From Bifidobacterium breve (GTDB taxonomy: Bacteria; Actinomycetota; Acidimicrobiia; Acidimicrobiales; Ilumatobacteraceae): a stretch of 58,047 bases of DNA. This document shows, one piece after another, positions 27,184 to 34,732 of this stretch. The position numbers were made by a program, and so were the translations under genes. The notes below the pieces were generated by a model. That model made no database searches. It worked only from the letters and a program-made list of their open reading frames with translations, and was not told where the DNA came from. The stretch covers positions 1-58,047 of the forward strand of contig CAMDCI010000001.1 in the NCBI GenBank assembly GCA_945889715.1, given 5' to 3'. Positions within the stretch are counted from its first letter, which is position 1. The number at the start of each line of letters is the position of its first letter.

Positions 27184-29121
27184 TCAGCGGGTAATCAGAC
27201 GCAGAAATTCTTCAACTTCGCCACGATCAATTGATTTTCGCATCGGTGGCATTGATTCTAAAATATCTCGTCGATAACCAGCGTTTCCGAGTCGTGGGTC
27301 GAATACAGCAACGACTCCGCGGTCGGTCGCATTTCTTATGAGTCGGCCAGTCGCTTGGGCAAGCAGTGTCGCGGCACGGGGAAGATCAATTTCGCGAAAA
27401 GCTCGATCGCCAATGGCATCGCGCCGTGCGCTCAGCAATGGATCGTCTGGCCGTGGGAATGGGATGCGGTCAAGGGTGACAAGCGACAAAGTGCGACCCG
27501 GGATATCGATGCCTTGAAAAAAGCCGGATGTCGCAAACAAGCACGACGTTTCATCTTCGGTGAATAGTTTGACAAGTTGAGTCTTTTGATATTCACGTTG
27601 CGACAAAATTGTGTTGGGCAATTTTTTGCGCATTGCCTCGACCGCTAAGTCGAGCGCGCGGTAACTGGTAAACAGTGCCAATGTTCGGCCACCTGCGGCC
27701 GAAATGAGATGAAACAGTTCATCGTGCATCAGTTTGGTGAATTCGGCAGAATTTGGATTTGGCAAGTGCTTGGCGCAGTAAAGAACTGCGTTTGACTGAT
27801 AATCAAAAGGGCTTTCAACATTGCAGAGTTGTGTACGGGCAACAGGTAAGCCAATACGTTCCGCCATCTTGTTGGGCACTGTGGCGCTCGTCAAGATGGC
27901 AGTAGTTTTCTGCCAAACGCCGGCATCGAGAACTGGTCCGACATCGAGCGGGGCAATATCTAGTTTTGGCCGATCAACAGTGCCCGACACATACGGAACG
28001 TACGTATCGTCGGTTTTTAACGCGACGTCAATGGTGTCGGCGAGACGCGAGGCTAATGTTTGAGCGCGCAGCTTGCGCTGATTACTGTCGTCATCTTTAG
28101 TTTCTATGACTCGCAAGATGTCGAGAATGCGGGCCACGAGACGTCGCCCTTCGGCTAACACCGCGGTGATCTCTAACGGCAATGGAGCAGATATTCGTTG
28201 GTTATGCGTGGGTGACAGGACTTCATCAAGCATCATTCCGATATTGATGATGTCAGTGATCACTTTGGGATCGGCAATGATGCGTTTGACGACTCCGGCG
28301 AAAAAATTGAAATTACCAGCGTGCAAAGAAACGCCGACAGTGTCGCTCATGATGTCTTCTAATCCATGAGCTTCATCGATAATCAAAACTTCATGATCGG
28401 GCAACAGCTGTCCACCAGAGGCCACGTGAAGTCCGTACAAATGTGTGTTGACAACAACGATGTCGGCTTCACTTGCCTTGAAACGAGCGATCTCTGAGAA
28501 ACAGGTTCCACCCACTGGGCATCGTCGAGCACCTGGGCATTCATCACTACCAACGCTGACCGCTTTCATGGCTCGTTCGGAGGGCGACCACGAGATATCG
28601 GCCATATCTCCACTTTTTGAAGTCTTAACCCAATCAGAAATGAGGTCAATTTCACGTCGAACCGAATGAGACATTTCATCGACTTCAAGCAAGGTAGGCG
28701 AATCGGCCTTGCGATTCTTCTTTTCTGATTCACCATTGATTTCGGCTAATCGTTGACGACAAACGTAATTACTTCGGCCTTTCAAAACAGCGAAAGTAAT
28801 ATCTCGATTGACGTACGAGCTGAGTTGTTCGACCAAAAACGGAAGGTCCTTCTGCGCCAATTGATCTTGCAATGCCTTGGTCGCAGTTGTGACAATCGTT
28901 TTCTTCCCGGCAACGATGACGGGAACCAAATAGGCGATGGTTTTGCCAGTTCCTGTGCCTGCTTGGACAATTAAATGCTTACCTTCAGATAAGGCTTCAT
29001 CGACTGCGTGGGCCATTTCTTTCTGACCAGGTCGAGATTCTGATTGTGGCAGTGCAGAGGTGGCGATCTCTAAGGCATCGCTGACATTGATCTTTGAACG
29101 GGGCACTGACACAAGGTGCAA
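27184..29121 (-). CDS. dinG: ATP-dependent DNA helicase, DinG/XPD (Rad3) family with Fe-S cluster cysteines
   Basis: 645-aa ORF with Walker A AGTGTGKT, DEAH (IIDEAHGLED), a Cys cluster (YVCRQ...ECPGARRCPVGGTCF), and C-terminal helicase motifs (QATGRLIR). Confidence 0.8.
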   Translation of the reverse strand: MHLVSVPRSKINVSDALEIATSALPQSESRPGQKEMAHAVDEALSEGKHLIVQAGTGTGKTIAYLVPVIVAGKKTIVTTATKALQDQLAQKDLPFLVEQLSSYVNRDITFAVLKGRSNYVCRQRLAEINGESEKKNRKADSPTLLEVDEMSHSVRREIDLISDWVKTSKSGDMADISWSPSERAMKAVSVGSDECPGARRCPVGGTCFSEIARFKASEADIVVVNTHLYGLHVASGGQLLPDHEVLIIDEAHGLEDIMSDTVGVSLHAGNFNFFAGVVKRIIADPKVITDIINIGMMLDEVLSPTHNQRISAPLPLEITAVLAEGRRLVARILDILRVIETKDDDSNQRKLRAQTLASRLADTIDVALKTDDTYVPYVSGTVDRPKLDIAPLDVGPVLDAGVWQKTTAILTSATVPNKMAERIGLPVARTQLCNVESPFDYQSNAVLYCAKHLPNPNSAEFTKLMHDELFHLISAAGGRTLALFTSYRALDLAVEAMRKKLPNTILSQREYQKTQLVKLFTEDETSCLFATSGFFQGIDIPGRTLSLVTLDRIPFPRPDDPLLSARRDAIGDRAFREIDLPRAATLLAQATGRLIRNATDRGVVAVFDPRLGNAGYRRDILESMPPMRKSIDRGEVEEFLRLITR

Positions 29122-29141
29122 CGGTACTGCAGGGTGGGGTG

Positions 29142-29858
29142 TCAGTTGGGTCTAGGAGCCAAGTATGCAGTTTCATGAGTTTTAAACTGCTGGGCCAATT
29201 GCAGGGCTAAATCAAGATCTTCGGCAGAAAACTCGGGCCAGGTGTTGTCGGTGAAATAACTAGGCGCCCCAACGGCTTGCCAGAGTAGAAAATTTGAAAT
29301 TCGGGTTTCTCCAGAAGTCCGAACTAAAACGTCGACTTCAGGCATGTCACTTAAATACATCTGGTTTGACATATTCAGAACACTCGGTTCTTGACGAGCC
29401 GAAATGAGCCTTCGGGCGGCGTGGGCTATTTCGGTGCGACTCCCGTAATCAAATGCCACGGTCATCGTCATTCCGGTGTTACCAGCGGTGTCAGAAATCG
29501 CTTTACGGATAGCCCGTTGCACGTACCTGGGAGTTCTGGCAGTGGGGTCGTCAAACGGTCGACCAACCCACTGGACCTTGACGTTGAGTTCATTTAACTC
29601 GGTAATTCTTCCGAATAGTTTTTTGTGCAGTCCCAAAATGTGGCGTACCTCGCCCCGTGGCCTGATCCAGTTCTCTGTGGAGAATCCAAAAACCGTGAGG
29701 TAGTCGATATTGCGGGCAACGCTGGCGCGCACGACTGCGGCGAGGTTTTCCTCACCTGCGGTATGGCCAGCGGTGCGGGGTAAACCCCGACGTTGGGCCC
29801 ATCTTCCATTTCCATCCATGATGCAGGCCACATGCACGGTTGTCACGGTACTCGTCAC
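29142..29858 (-). CDS. uppS: Cis-prenyltransferase (undecaprenyl/decaprenyl-diphosphate synthase family); catalytic motifs intact but the C-terminal RXG region is absent
   Basis: 238-aa ORF with [26 protein letters not shown], and [16 protein letters not shown]. The tail ...[32 protein letters not shown] has no Arg-X-Gly. GTG start. Confidence 0.85.
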   Translation of the reverse strand: [238 protein letters not shown]

Positions 29859-29879
29859 AGCTGCTGTTCAAGTGTCATT

Positions 29880-29963
29880 CATCCTTGGAATGTTGACAGG
29901 CATCCTTGGAATGTTGACAGGCATCCTTGGAATGTTGACAGGCATTCTTGGAATGTCAACAGG
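29880..29963. repeat. Tandem direct repeat, 4 x 21 bp (CATCCTTGGAATGTTGACAGG; the fourth copy has two mismatches)
   Basis: Read directly from the sequence. Copies lie at 29880-29900, 29901-29921, 29922-29942 (all identical) and 29943-29963 (CATTCTTGGAATGTCAACAGG). The array sits in the 167-bp region between divergent uppS and the uppS-like gene. Each perfect copy contains TTGACA. Confidence 0.95.
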
Positions 29964-30025
29964 AATTGGGTTACTGGTGTGAATGACCCCTGTAGGAAGG
30001 TCGGTATCGGCAACAATGGACATCA

Positions 30026-30601
30026 ATGAGGAAGCTTTTCAACCGCCGTACGCAGGTCGTCGAGACAGTTGTTGACAGTGATGACTCATTGCTGCATATT
30101 GCGATCGCTGGCGGTTCATTGGGCGAATGGGATCTCTTTAGGCCGCATTGGGAAGCCCGTATCCAAGAATTAACCGAATTGATGAGTCCGTTCGGCGTTC
30201 GTTTTCTTTCGTTATATCCGTATGGACCCGATATTGATGATCACAAAGTGCAAAATCTGACGTTTGATAGACAAACCATTGTCAATGGCATGGACGTCAC
30301 CGTCCATTCATCAACAGACGGGCGTGAACGTATTTGCTCGGCGCTGCAGGAATTTTCGGTCACTGAAATAGTGACTGAGAAACTTCTTGATCAACGTTTA
30401 TTTGGCGGCGCCGGTGATCCAGATTTAGTCGTGGTTTTAGGACCAGCGAATTGCCTGCCTCGCTCACTGGTGTGGGAATTGGCATATAGCGAAATCGTTT
30501 TTGTTGAACAGAGTTGGACAATGTTGTCTCTCGAAAAAATTCAATCAGCAATTCAAGAATATTTCTTGCGACACCGCCGCTTTGGTGGAGTCAATACGTG
30601 A
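30026..30601 (+). CDS. Truncated, catalytically degenerate UppS-fold paralogue that retains the AYxE...RRFGG C-terminus
   Basis: 191-aa ORF, colinear with UppS. [13 protein letters not shown] aligns with [40 protein letters not shown] aligns with [27 protein letters not shown], and the C-terminus is FLRHRRFGG. The stop overlaps the recO GTG (GTGA). Confidence 0.6.
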   Translation: [191 protein letters not shown]

Positions 30602-31350
30602 CATCACGTCTGTACCGCGACGTCGGAATCGTGCTCCGTACGTACAAGCTTGGTGAAGCAGATCGGATCATTGTTTTTCTGACGCAAGATCATGGCAAGG
30701 TTCGCGCAGTTGCTAAAGGCGTGCGTAAAACGCGATCAAAATTCGGCGGTCGGCTTGAACCTCTGTCTCACGTAGAAGTGCAATTGCATCGTGGCAAAGA
30801 TCTTGACATTGTGAGTCAGGTTGAAAGTGTCGATACAACCTCTCCGGTTTTCGGCAACCTTGACTCAATGACTGAAGCCAGTTCAATTTTGGAAGCTGTT
30901 GACCAGTTGGTACCAGATCGCGAACCAGTGCCACAGATGTATCGCATGTTGGTGGGTGCCCGTCAAACTTTGTTGACCCGGCCATCACCACTCGTGGTGC
31001 CGGCCTTCTTGTGGAAGTTGTTGTCTTCTGAGGGGTTGAGGCCTCAATTGGACGGGTGCGTTTCTTGTGGCGAATCCTCGAATGTTGAGTTCGTGGCCTT
31101 CGACCTTGATCTTGGTGGAGTGGTGTGCCGCTCATGTCGCAGTGGCATGGCAATTTCTGCTCCTGCTCTTGCATTGATGCGTGACGTACTGGGTGGAAAG
31201 CTTGGTGAGTCTCTCGATCGGGCATATAACCCTGAAGGTCAACAATTGAATGATCCAGTCATCAACGAGGTGTCGCAGTTGGCGACTCGGGCATTTGAGC
31301 ATCACATTGAGCGTCGACTGCGCTCGGTATCGATTTTCGAACGCCACTAG
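30598..31350 (+). CDS. recO: DNA repair protein RecO
   Basis: The N-terminus LYRDVGIVLRTYKLGEADRII is the canonical RecO OB-fold start, and a zinc-finger-like CVSCG...CRSC is present. I chose the GTG at 30598 rather than the upstream extension at 30514. Confidence 0.85.
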   Translation: MTSRLYRDVGIVLRTYKLGEADRIIVFLTQDHGKVRAVAKGVRKTRSKFGGRLEPLSHVEVQLHRGKDLDIVSQVESVDTTSPVFGNLDSMTEASSILEAVDQLVPDREPVPQMYRMLVGARQTLLTRPSPLVVPAFLWKLLSSEGLRPQLDGCVSCGESSNVEFVAFDLDLGGVVCRSCRSGMAISAPALALMRDVLGGKLGESLDRAYNPEGQQLNDPVINEVSQLATRAFEHHIERRLRSVSIFERH

Positions 31351-31423
31351 AAGTCGATGAGCGTCAGCGAAACCCGCAATTTGACGCTGATGTGCTGGTC
31401 ATTGCCCGTAACCTTGAAGGTCT

Positions 31424-32734
31424 ATGCCGGCTAAAGATCTTGATCAAATCGTCAACCTGTGCAAACGCCGTGGTTTCGTGTATCCCTCGGCCGAAATTTA
31501 TGGCGGTTTTCGTTCAAGTTATGACTACGGCCCCTTGGGCTCGTTGATGTTGCGCAATGTTCGTGAATCATGGATTCGCACAATGGTGCAAAAGCGGGAC
31601 GATGTGGTGCTGATCGATGCGGCCATTTTGGGCCCGCCGCAAGTCTTTGAAGCAAGTGGACACCTGGCAAATTTCAGTGATCCGCTTGTCGATTGCAAAA
31701 CATGCAAGCAACGTTTTCGTGAAGACCACTTAGAAGATAAGTCGGTATGTCCAAACTGTGGAGCCAAAGACACTCTGACCGATGCTCGGGCGTTCAACTT
31801 AATGTTCAAAACGTTTGCTGGTCCAGTTGAAGGTTCAGGGGCCGAGGTGTATCTGCGTCCTGAGACGGCTCAAGGTATGTTCGTGAACTTTGCAAACGTG
31901 TTGCAAACTAGTCGTAAGAAGCCACCCTTCGGTATTGCTCAAGTAGGTAAAAGTTTCCGTAATGAAATCACACCAGGAAACTTCATTTTCCGAACTCGTG
32001 AATTTGAACAGATGGAATTGGAATTTTTTGTTCCACCGTCTGAAGGTCCGAAGTGGTACGAGTATTGGTGCAATGCTCGTTTGCAGTGGTACGTAGATTT
32101 GGGTATTCCGCTTGAAATGTTGCGTCTACGTCCACATGATGCCGATGAATTGAGTCACTATTCGACGGGAACTGCCGACGTTGAGTTTGCTTACCCGTGG
32201 GGCTGGGGAGAACTTGAAGGAATTGCTCAGCGCACCAACTTTGACCTTAATCAGCACGCCACACATTCTGGTCAAAAACTTGATTACTTTGATCAGTCAA
32301 CAAACGAACGTTACGTGCCGTTCGTGATTGAACCTGCCGCTGGCGTGAACCGAGCCATGGCTGCTTTCTTGTTGGCAGCGTATGAAGAAGACGAGATTGG
32401 TGGCGAAGTCCGTACGGTTCTTCGTCTTCATCCACGTTTGGCTCCGTACAAGGTCGCGATTTTGCCGTTAAGCAAAAAAGACACCCTGACTCCTGTGGCC
32501 CGTGAGATCTTTGAGAATCTTGGCGAGCGTTATATGGTCGATTACGACGACACGCAATCAATTGGTAAGCGGTATCGCCGTCAAGACGAGATTGGTACGC
32601 CGCTGTGTATCACGGTCGACTTTGATTCACTCGAGGACGGCGCGGTCACAATTCGCGACCGCGACACTACCGAACAGGTGCGAGTACCGATTGCCGATCT
32701 TGAAAATCAAGTTCGTATCCGTCTCGGGTTCTGA
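31424..32734 (+). CDS. glyQS: Glycine--tRNA ligase (dimeric class II type)
   Basis: 436-aa ORF with RGFVYPSAEIYGG, YLRPETAQG, FRNEITP...FRTREFEQMELEFF, and a C-terminal anticodon-binding domain. Confidence 0.9.
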   Translation: MPAKDLDQIVNLCKRRGFVYPSAEIYGGFRSSYDYGPLGSLMLRNVRESWIRTMVQKRDDVVLIDAAILGPPQVFEASGHLANFSDPLVDCKTCKQRFREDHLEDKSVCPNCGAKDTLTDARAFNLMFKTFAGPVEGSGAEVYLRPETAQGMFVNFANVLQTSRKKPPFGIAQVGKSFRNEITPGNFIFRTREFEQMELEFFVPPSEGPKWYEYWCNARLQWYVDLGIPLEMLRLRPHDADELSHYSTGTADVEFAYPWGWGELEGIAQRTNFDLNQHATHSGQKLDYFDQSTNERYVPFVIEPAAGVNRAMAAFLLAAYEEDEIGGEVRTVLRLHPRLAPYKVAILPLSKKDTLTPVAREIFENLGERYMVDYDDTQSIGKRYRRQDEIGTPLCITVDFDSLEDGAVTIRDRDTTEQVRVPIADLENQVRIRLGF

Positions 32735-32772
32735 TTTACTTCGGTCACCGTCTACGGTTTGTACTACCGCAA

Positions 32773-32811
32773 TATTTCATCTAACTATTTCATCTAACTA
32801 TTTCATCAAAC
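32773..32811. repeat. Tandem direct repeat, 3 x 13 bp (TATTTCATCTAAC; third copy TATTTCATCAAAC)
   Basis: Read directly from the sequence. It lies in the glyQS-ABM intergenic region and ends 14 nt before the ABM start codon. Confidence 0.9.
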
Positions 32812-32825
32812 TAAAGGGGAATGAC

Positions 32826-33131
32826 ATGTCAAAAGTTGCCGTATGGGCCAAGATTCCAGCAGCTCCAGGTAAGCGGGACGATTTAGCCGCTGCACTCGCG
32901 AACGCGCTTGAAACAGCAAAAGCCGAAGCAGGAACCGTGTACTACATCTTGCACAACGATCCCAATGACGCTGATGCATTGTTTATGTACGAGATGTACG
33001 AATCTCAAGATGCGCTCAACGCGCATATGGGATCCGAAGCCTTCAAGGCTCTTGGGCCGGCGATTACTCCTTTCTTGGGTGGTCGTCCAGAATTGCATTT
33101 CGTCAATCCCATTGGCGGAAAGGGCGCCTGA
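32826..33131 (+). CDS. Antibiotic-biosynthesis-monooxygenase (ABM) family protein / putative quinol monooxygenase
   Basis: 101-aa ORF. MSKVAVWAKIPAAPGKRDDL...YYILHNDPNDADALFMYEMYESQDALNAHMGSEAFK is the typical ferredoxin-like ABM pattern. AAGGGGA Shine-Dalgarno sequence 6 nt upstream. Confidence 0.65.
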   Translation: MSKVAVWAKIPAAPGKRDDLAAALANALETAKAEAGTVYYILHNDPNDADALFMYEMYESQDALNAHMGSEAFKALGPAITPFLGGRPELHFVNPIGGKGA

Positions 33132-33138
33132 TTCTCTC

Positions 33139-33936
33139 GTGAGTCACGCTGCGACTTATCTCGATCGAATCCTGGTGCGCCATCGCGAGTTGGCGAACAA
33201 GGACGAGCGAGATGTTGATCAACTTGTTAAGCGTTGTCATACCATGACGCCAACCCGGGGCTTTCGCCATCGCTTAATGAATGATGCGTTGACAGGTATC
33301 AGTGTCATTAGTGAGATTAAGCGTCGTTCGCCATCTAAGGGTGATCTTGTTGAAGGATTAGATCCTGAGGTCATTGCTGTTGCCTATGAATCAGGTGGAG
33401 CGTCTTGTCTGTCGGTTCTGACTGATGAAGAGTTTTTCGGCGGCTCAATCTCTGACTTGCAGCGGGCTTCATCGGCTTGCGCACTGCCGGTATTACGTAA
33501 GGACTTCACCATTTCACGACACGATGTGTGTGACGCTCGATTAATGGGTGCTGACTGTGTCTTGTTGATCGCTGCGGCTCTGTCGCAAGCCGAGCTTCGA
33601 GAGTTTCACGCTCTCGCCACAGATGTGGGTCTTGATGTCCTGGTCGAAATCCATGATGAGCGAGAACTGGAATTTGCGGTTCAAGCAAAGGCCACTCTGA
33701 TTGGCGTGAATCAACGAGATCTGGTGACATTTCAAGTTGATCATGCTCGAGCCTTGCGTATGGCAAATCTGATACCAGCGGGAGTGGCGAGGGTTGCAGA
33801 AAGTGGAGTGCGCAACGCCCAAGATGCGACTGAACTGCATGAGGCTGGATATCACGCAATCTTGGTGGGGGAAAGTCTTGTGACCGCCCCCGATCCTTCT
33901 GAGGCAGTTCGGTTATTGCGCAATGCCCGCCGCTAA
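33139..33936 (+). CDS. trpC: Indole-3-glycerol-phosphate synthase
   Basis: It has VISEIKRRSPSKG, LSVLTDEEFFGGS, LRKDF, GVNQRDL, and ESG motifs. I chose the GTG at 33139, which gives 265 aa, over the longer ORF from 32908. Confidence 0.85.
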   Translation: MSHAATYLDRILVRHRELANKDERDVDQLVKRCHTMTPTRGFRHRLMNDALTGISVISEIKRRSPSKGDLVEGLDPEVIAVAYESGGASCLSVLTDEEFFGGSISDLQRASSACALPVLRKDFTISRHDVCDARLMGADCVLLIAAALSQAELREFHALATDVGLDVLVEIHDERELEFAVQAKATLIGVNQRDLVTFQVDHARALRMANLIPAGVARVAESGVRNAQDATELHEAGYHAILVGESLVTAPDPSEAVRLLRNARR

Positions 33937-33996
33937 CAGTCAAATAACACATTAAGTATCCGCCGCCGTTTCGCTGTCGGGCGGTACGGTGTCTTC

Positions 33997-34656
33997 GTGT
34001 TCGTGAAAATTTGTGGCATCACGAATGAAGATGATGCGCTTCTCGCTGTCGCTATGGGAGCCGACGCCGTCGGTTTCGTATTCGCGCCGTCACCCCGTCA
34101 AGTGTCGGCTCAAGTTGTCTATGACATCACGCGACGTTTGCCTCCCGAAATCCTGACTGTCGGAGTTTTCAAGGACGATCTCCCTGATCGAATCTTTGAC
34201 ATTGTTTCTAAGTCGGGCGTGAAGGCAGTCCAATTGCACGGTCATGAGCCCCTGTCAACAGTCGCTGCATTGGCTGACAATGTGCGCTGGATTATTAAGG
34301 CCGTTGCGGCTGGTTCTCGAGAAGCTCGAATAGCGAACCAGTTTGGGACTGATTTGATTTTGGTTGACGCTCCCGAACCTGGTTCGGGCGCAGTGTTTGA
34401 TTGGACTTTGACTGATCAGATTCCATCAGGAGTGCGGATGATCTTGGCAGGAGGATTGACTCCTGAGAATGTTGCCGATGCGGTGCGCTACGTGAACCCT
34501 TGGGGAGTAGACGTCTCTTCGGGGGTTGAATCAGCACCTGGTAAAAAGGATGCGATCAAACTTCGCCGTTTTATTGCAAACGCTCGGGCCGCCGCCCCGC
34601 CTGAAGATCCAACGTCGGGGACGACGGAGTTCCCGTACGACTGGGCCGACGAATAG
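33997..34656 (+). CDS. trpF: Phosphoribosylanthranilate isomerase
   Basis: 219-aa ORF with the N-terminus FVKICGITNEDDALLAVAMGADAVGFVFAPSPRQV, QLHG, and LAGGLTPENV. GTG start. Confidence 0.85.
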   Translation: MFVKICGITNEDDALLAVAMGADAVGFVFAPSPRQVSAQVVYDITRRLPPEILTVGVFKDDLPDRIFDIVSKSGVKAVQLHGHEPLSTVAALADNVRWIIKAVAAGSREARIANQFGTDLILVDAPEPGSGAVFDWTLTDQIPSGVRMILAGGLTPENVADAVRYVNPWGVDVSSGVESAPGKKDAIKLRRFIANARAAAPPEDPTSGTTEFPYDWADE

Positions 34657-34732
34657 TCGCACAAGTAACAGGACAAATTCGCTAAAGAACTAGGCAATTT
34701 GCTCGAGTGGGTGCGAACATAGGGAGTCGTTT

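Noticed and set aside
29880-29963. Possible CRISPR array
   Set aside because: The repeats are directly abutting with no spacers, number only four, are 21 bp long, and no cas genes are in the window. This is a simple tandem repeat.
29710-29982. A 90-aa plus-strand ORF (and the overlapping 29793-30029 ORF) that reads through the 21-bp repeats as ILGMLTG x 4 or HPWNVDR x 4
   Set aside because: The periodic peptide is just the translation of the tandem DNA repeat. The ORF's 5' part is antisense to the well-supported uppS coding region. It has no Shine-Dalgarno sequence and no family resemblance.
30514-31350. A 278-aa version of recO starting at 30514
   Set aside because: The extension overlaps the uppS-like ORF. 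The RecO family N-terminus (LYRDxGIVLR) begins right after the GTG at 30598, which forms a GTGA coupling with the upstream stop.
32502-33131. A 209-aa ORF extending upstream of the ABM gene
   Set aside because: Its first ~230 nt overlap the 3' end of glyQS in another frame and cross the AT-rich repeat. The recognisable ABM domain starts at the Met at 32826, which has a good Shine-Dalgarno sequence.
32908-33936. A 342-aa version of the trpC ORF
   Set aside because: The N-terminal 77 aa overlap the ABM gene out of frame and have no IGPS similarity. The canonical TrpC N-terminus begins at the GTG at 33139.
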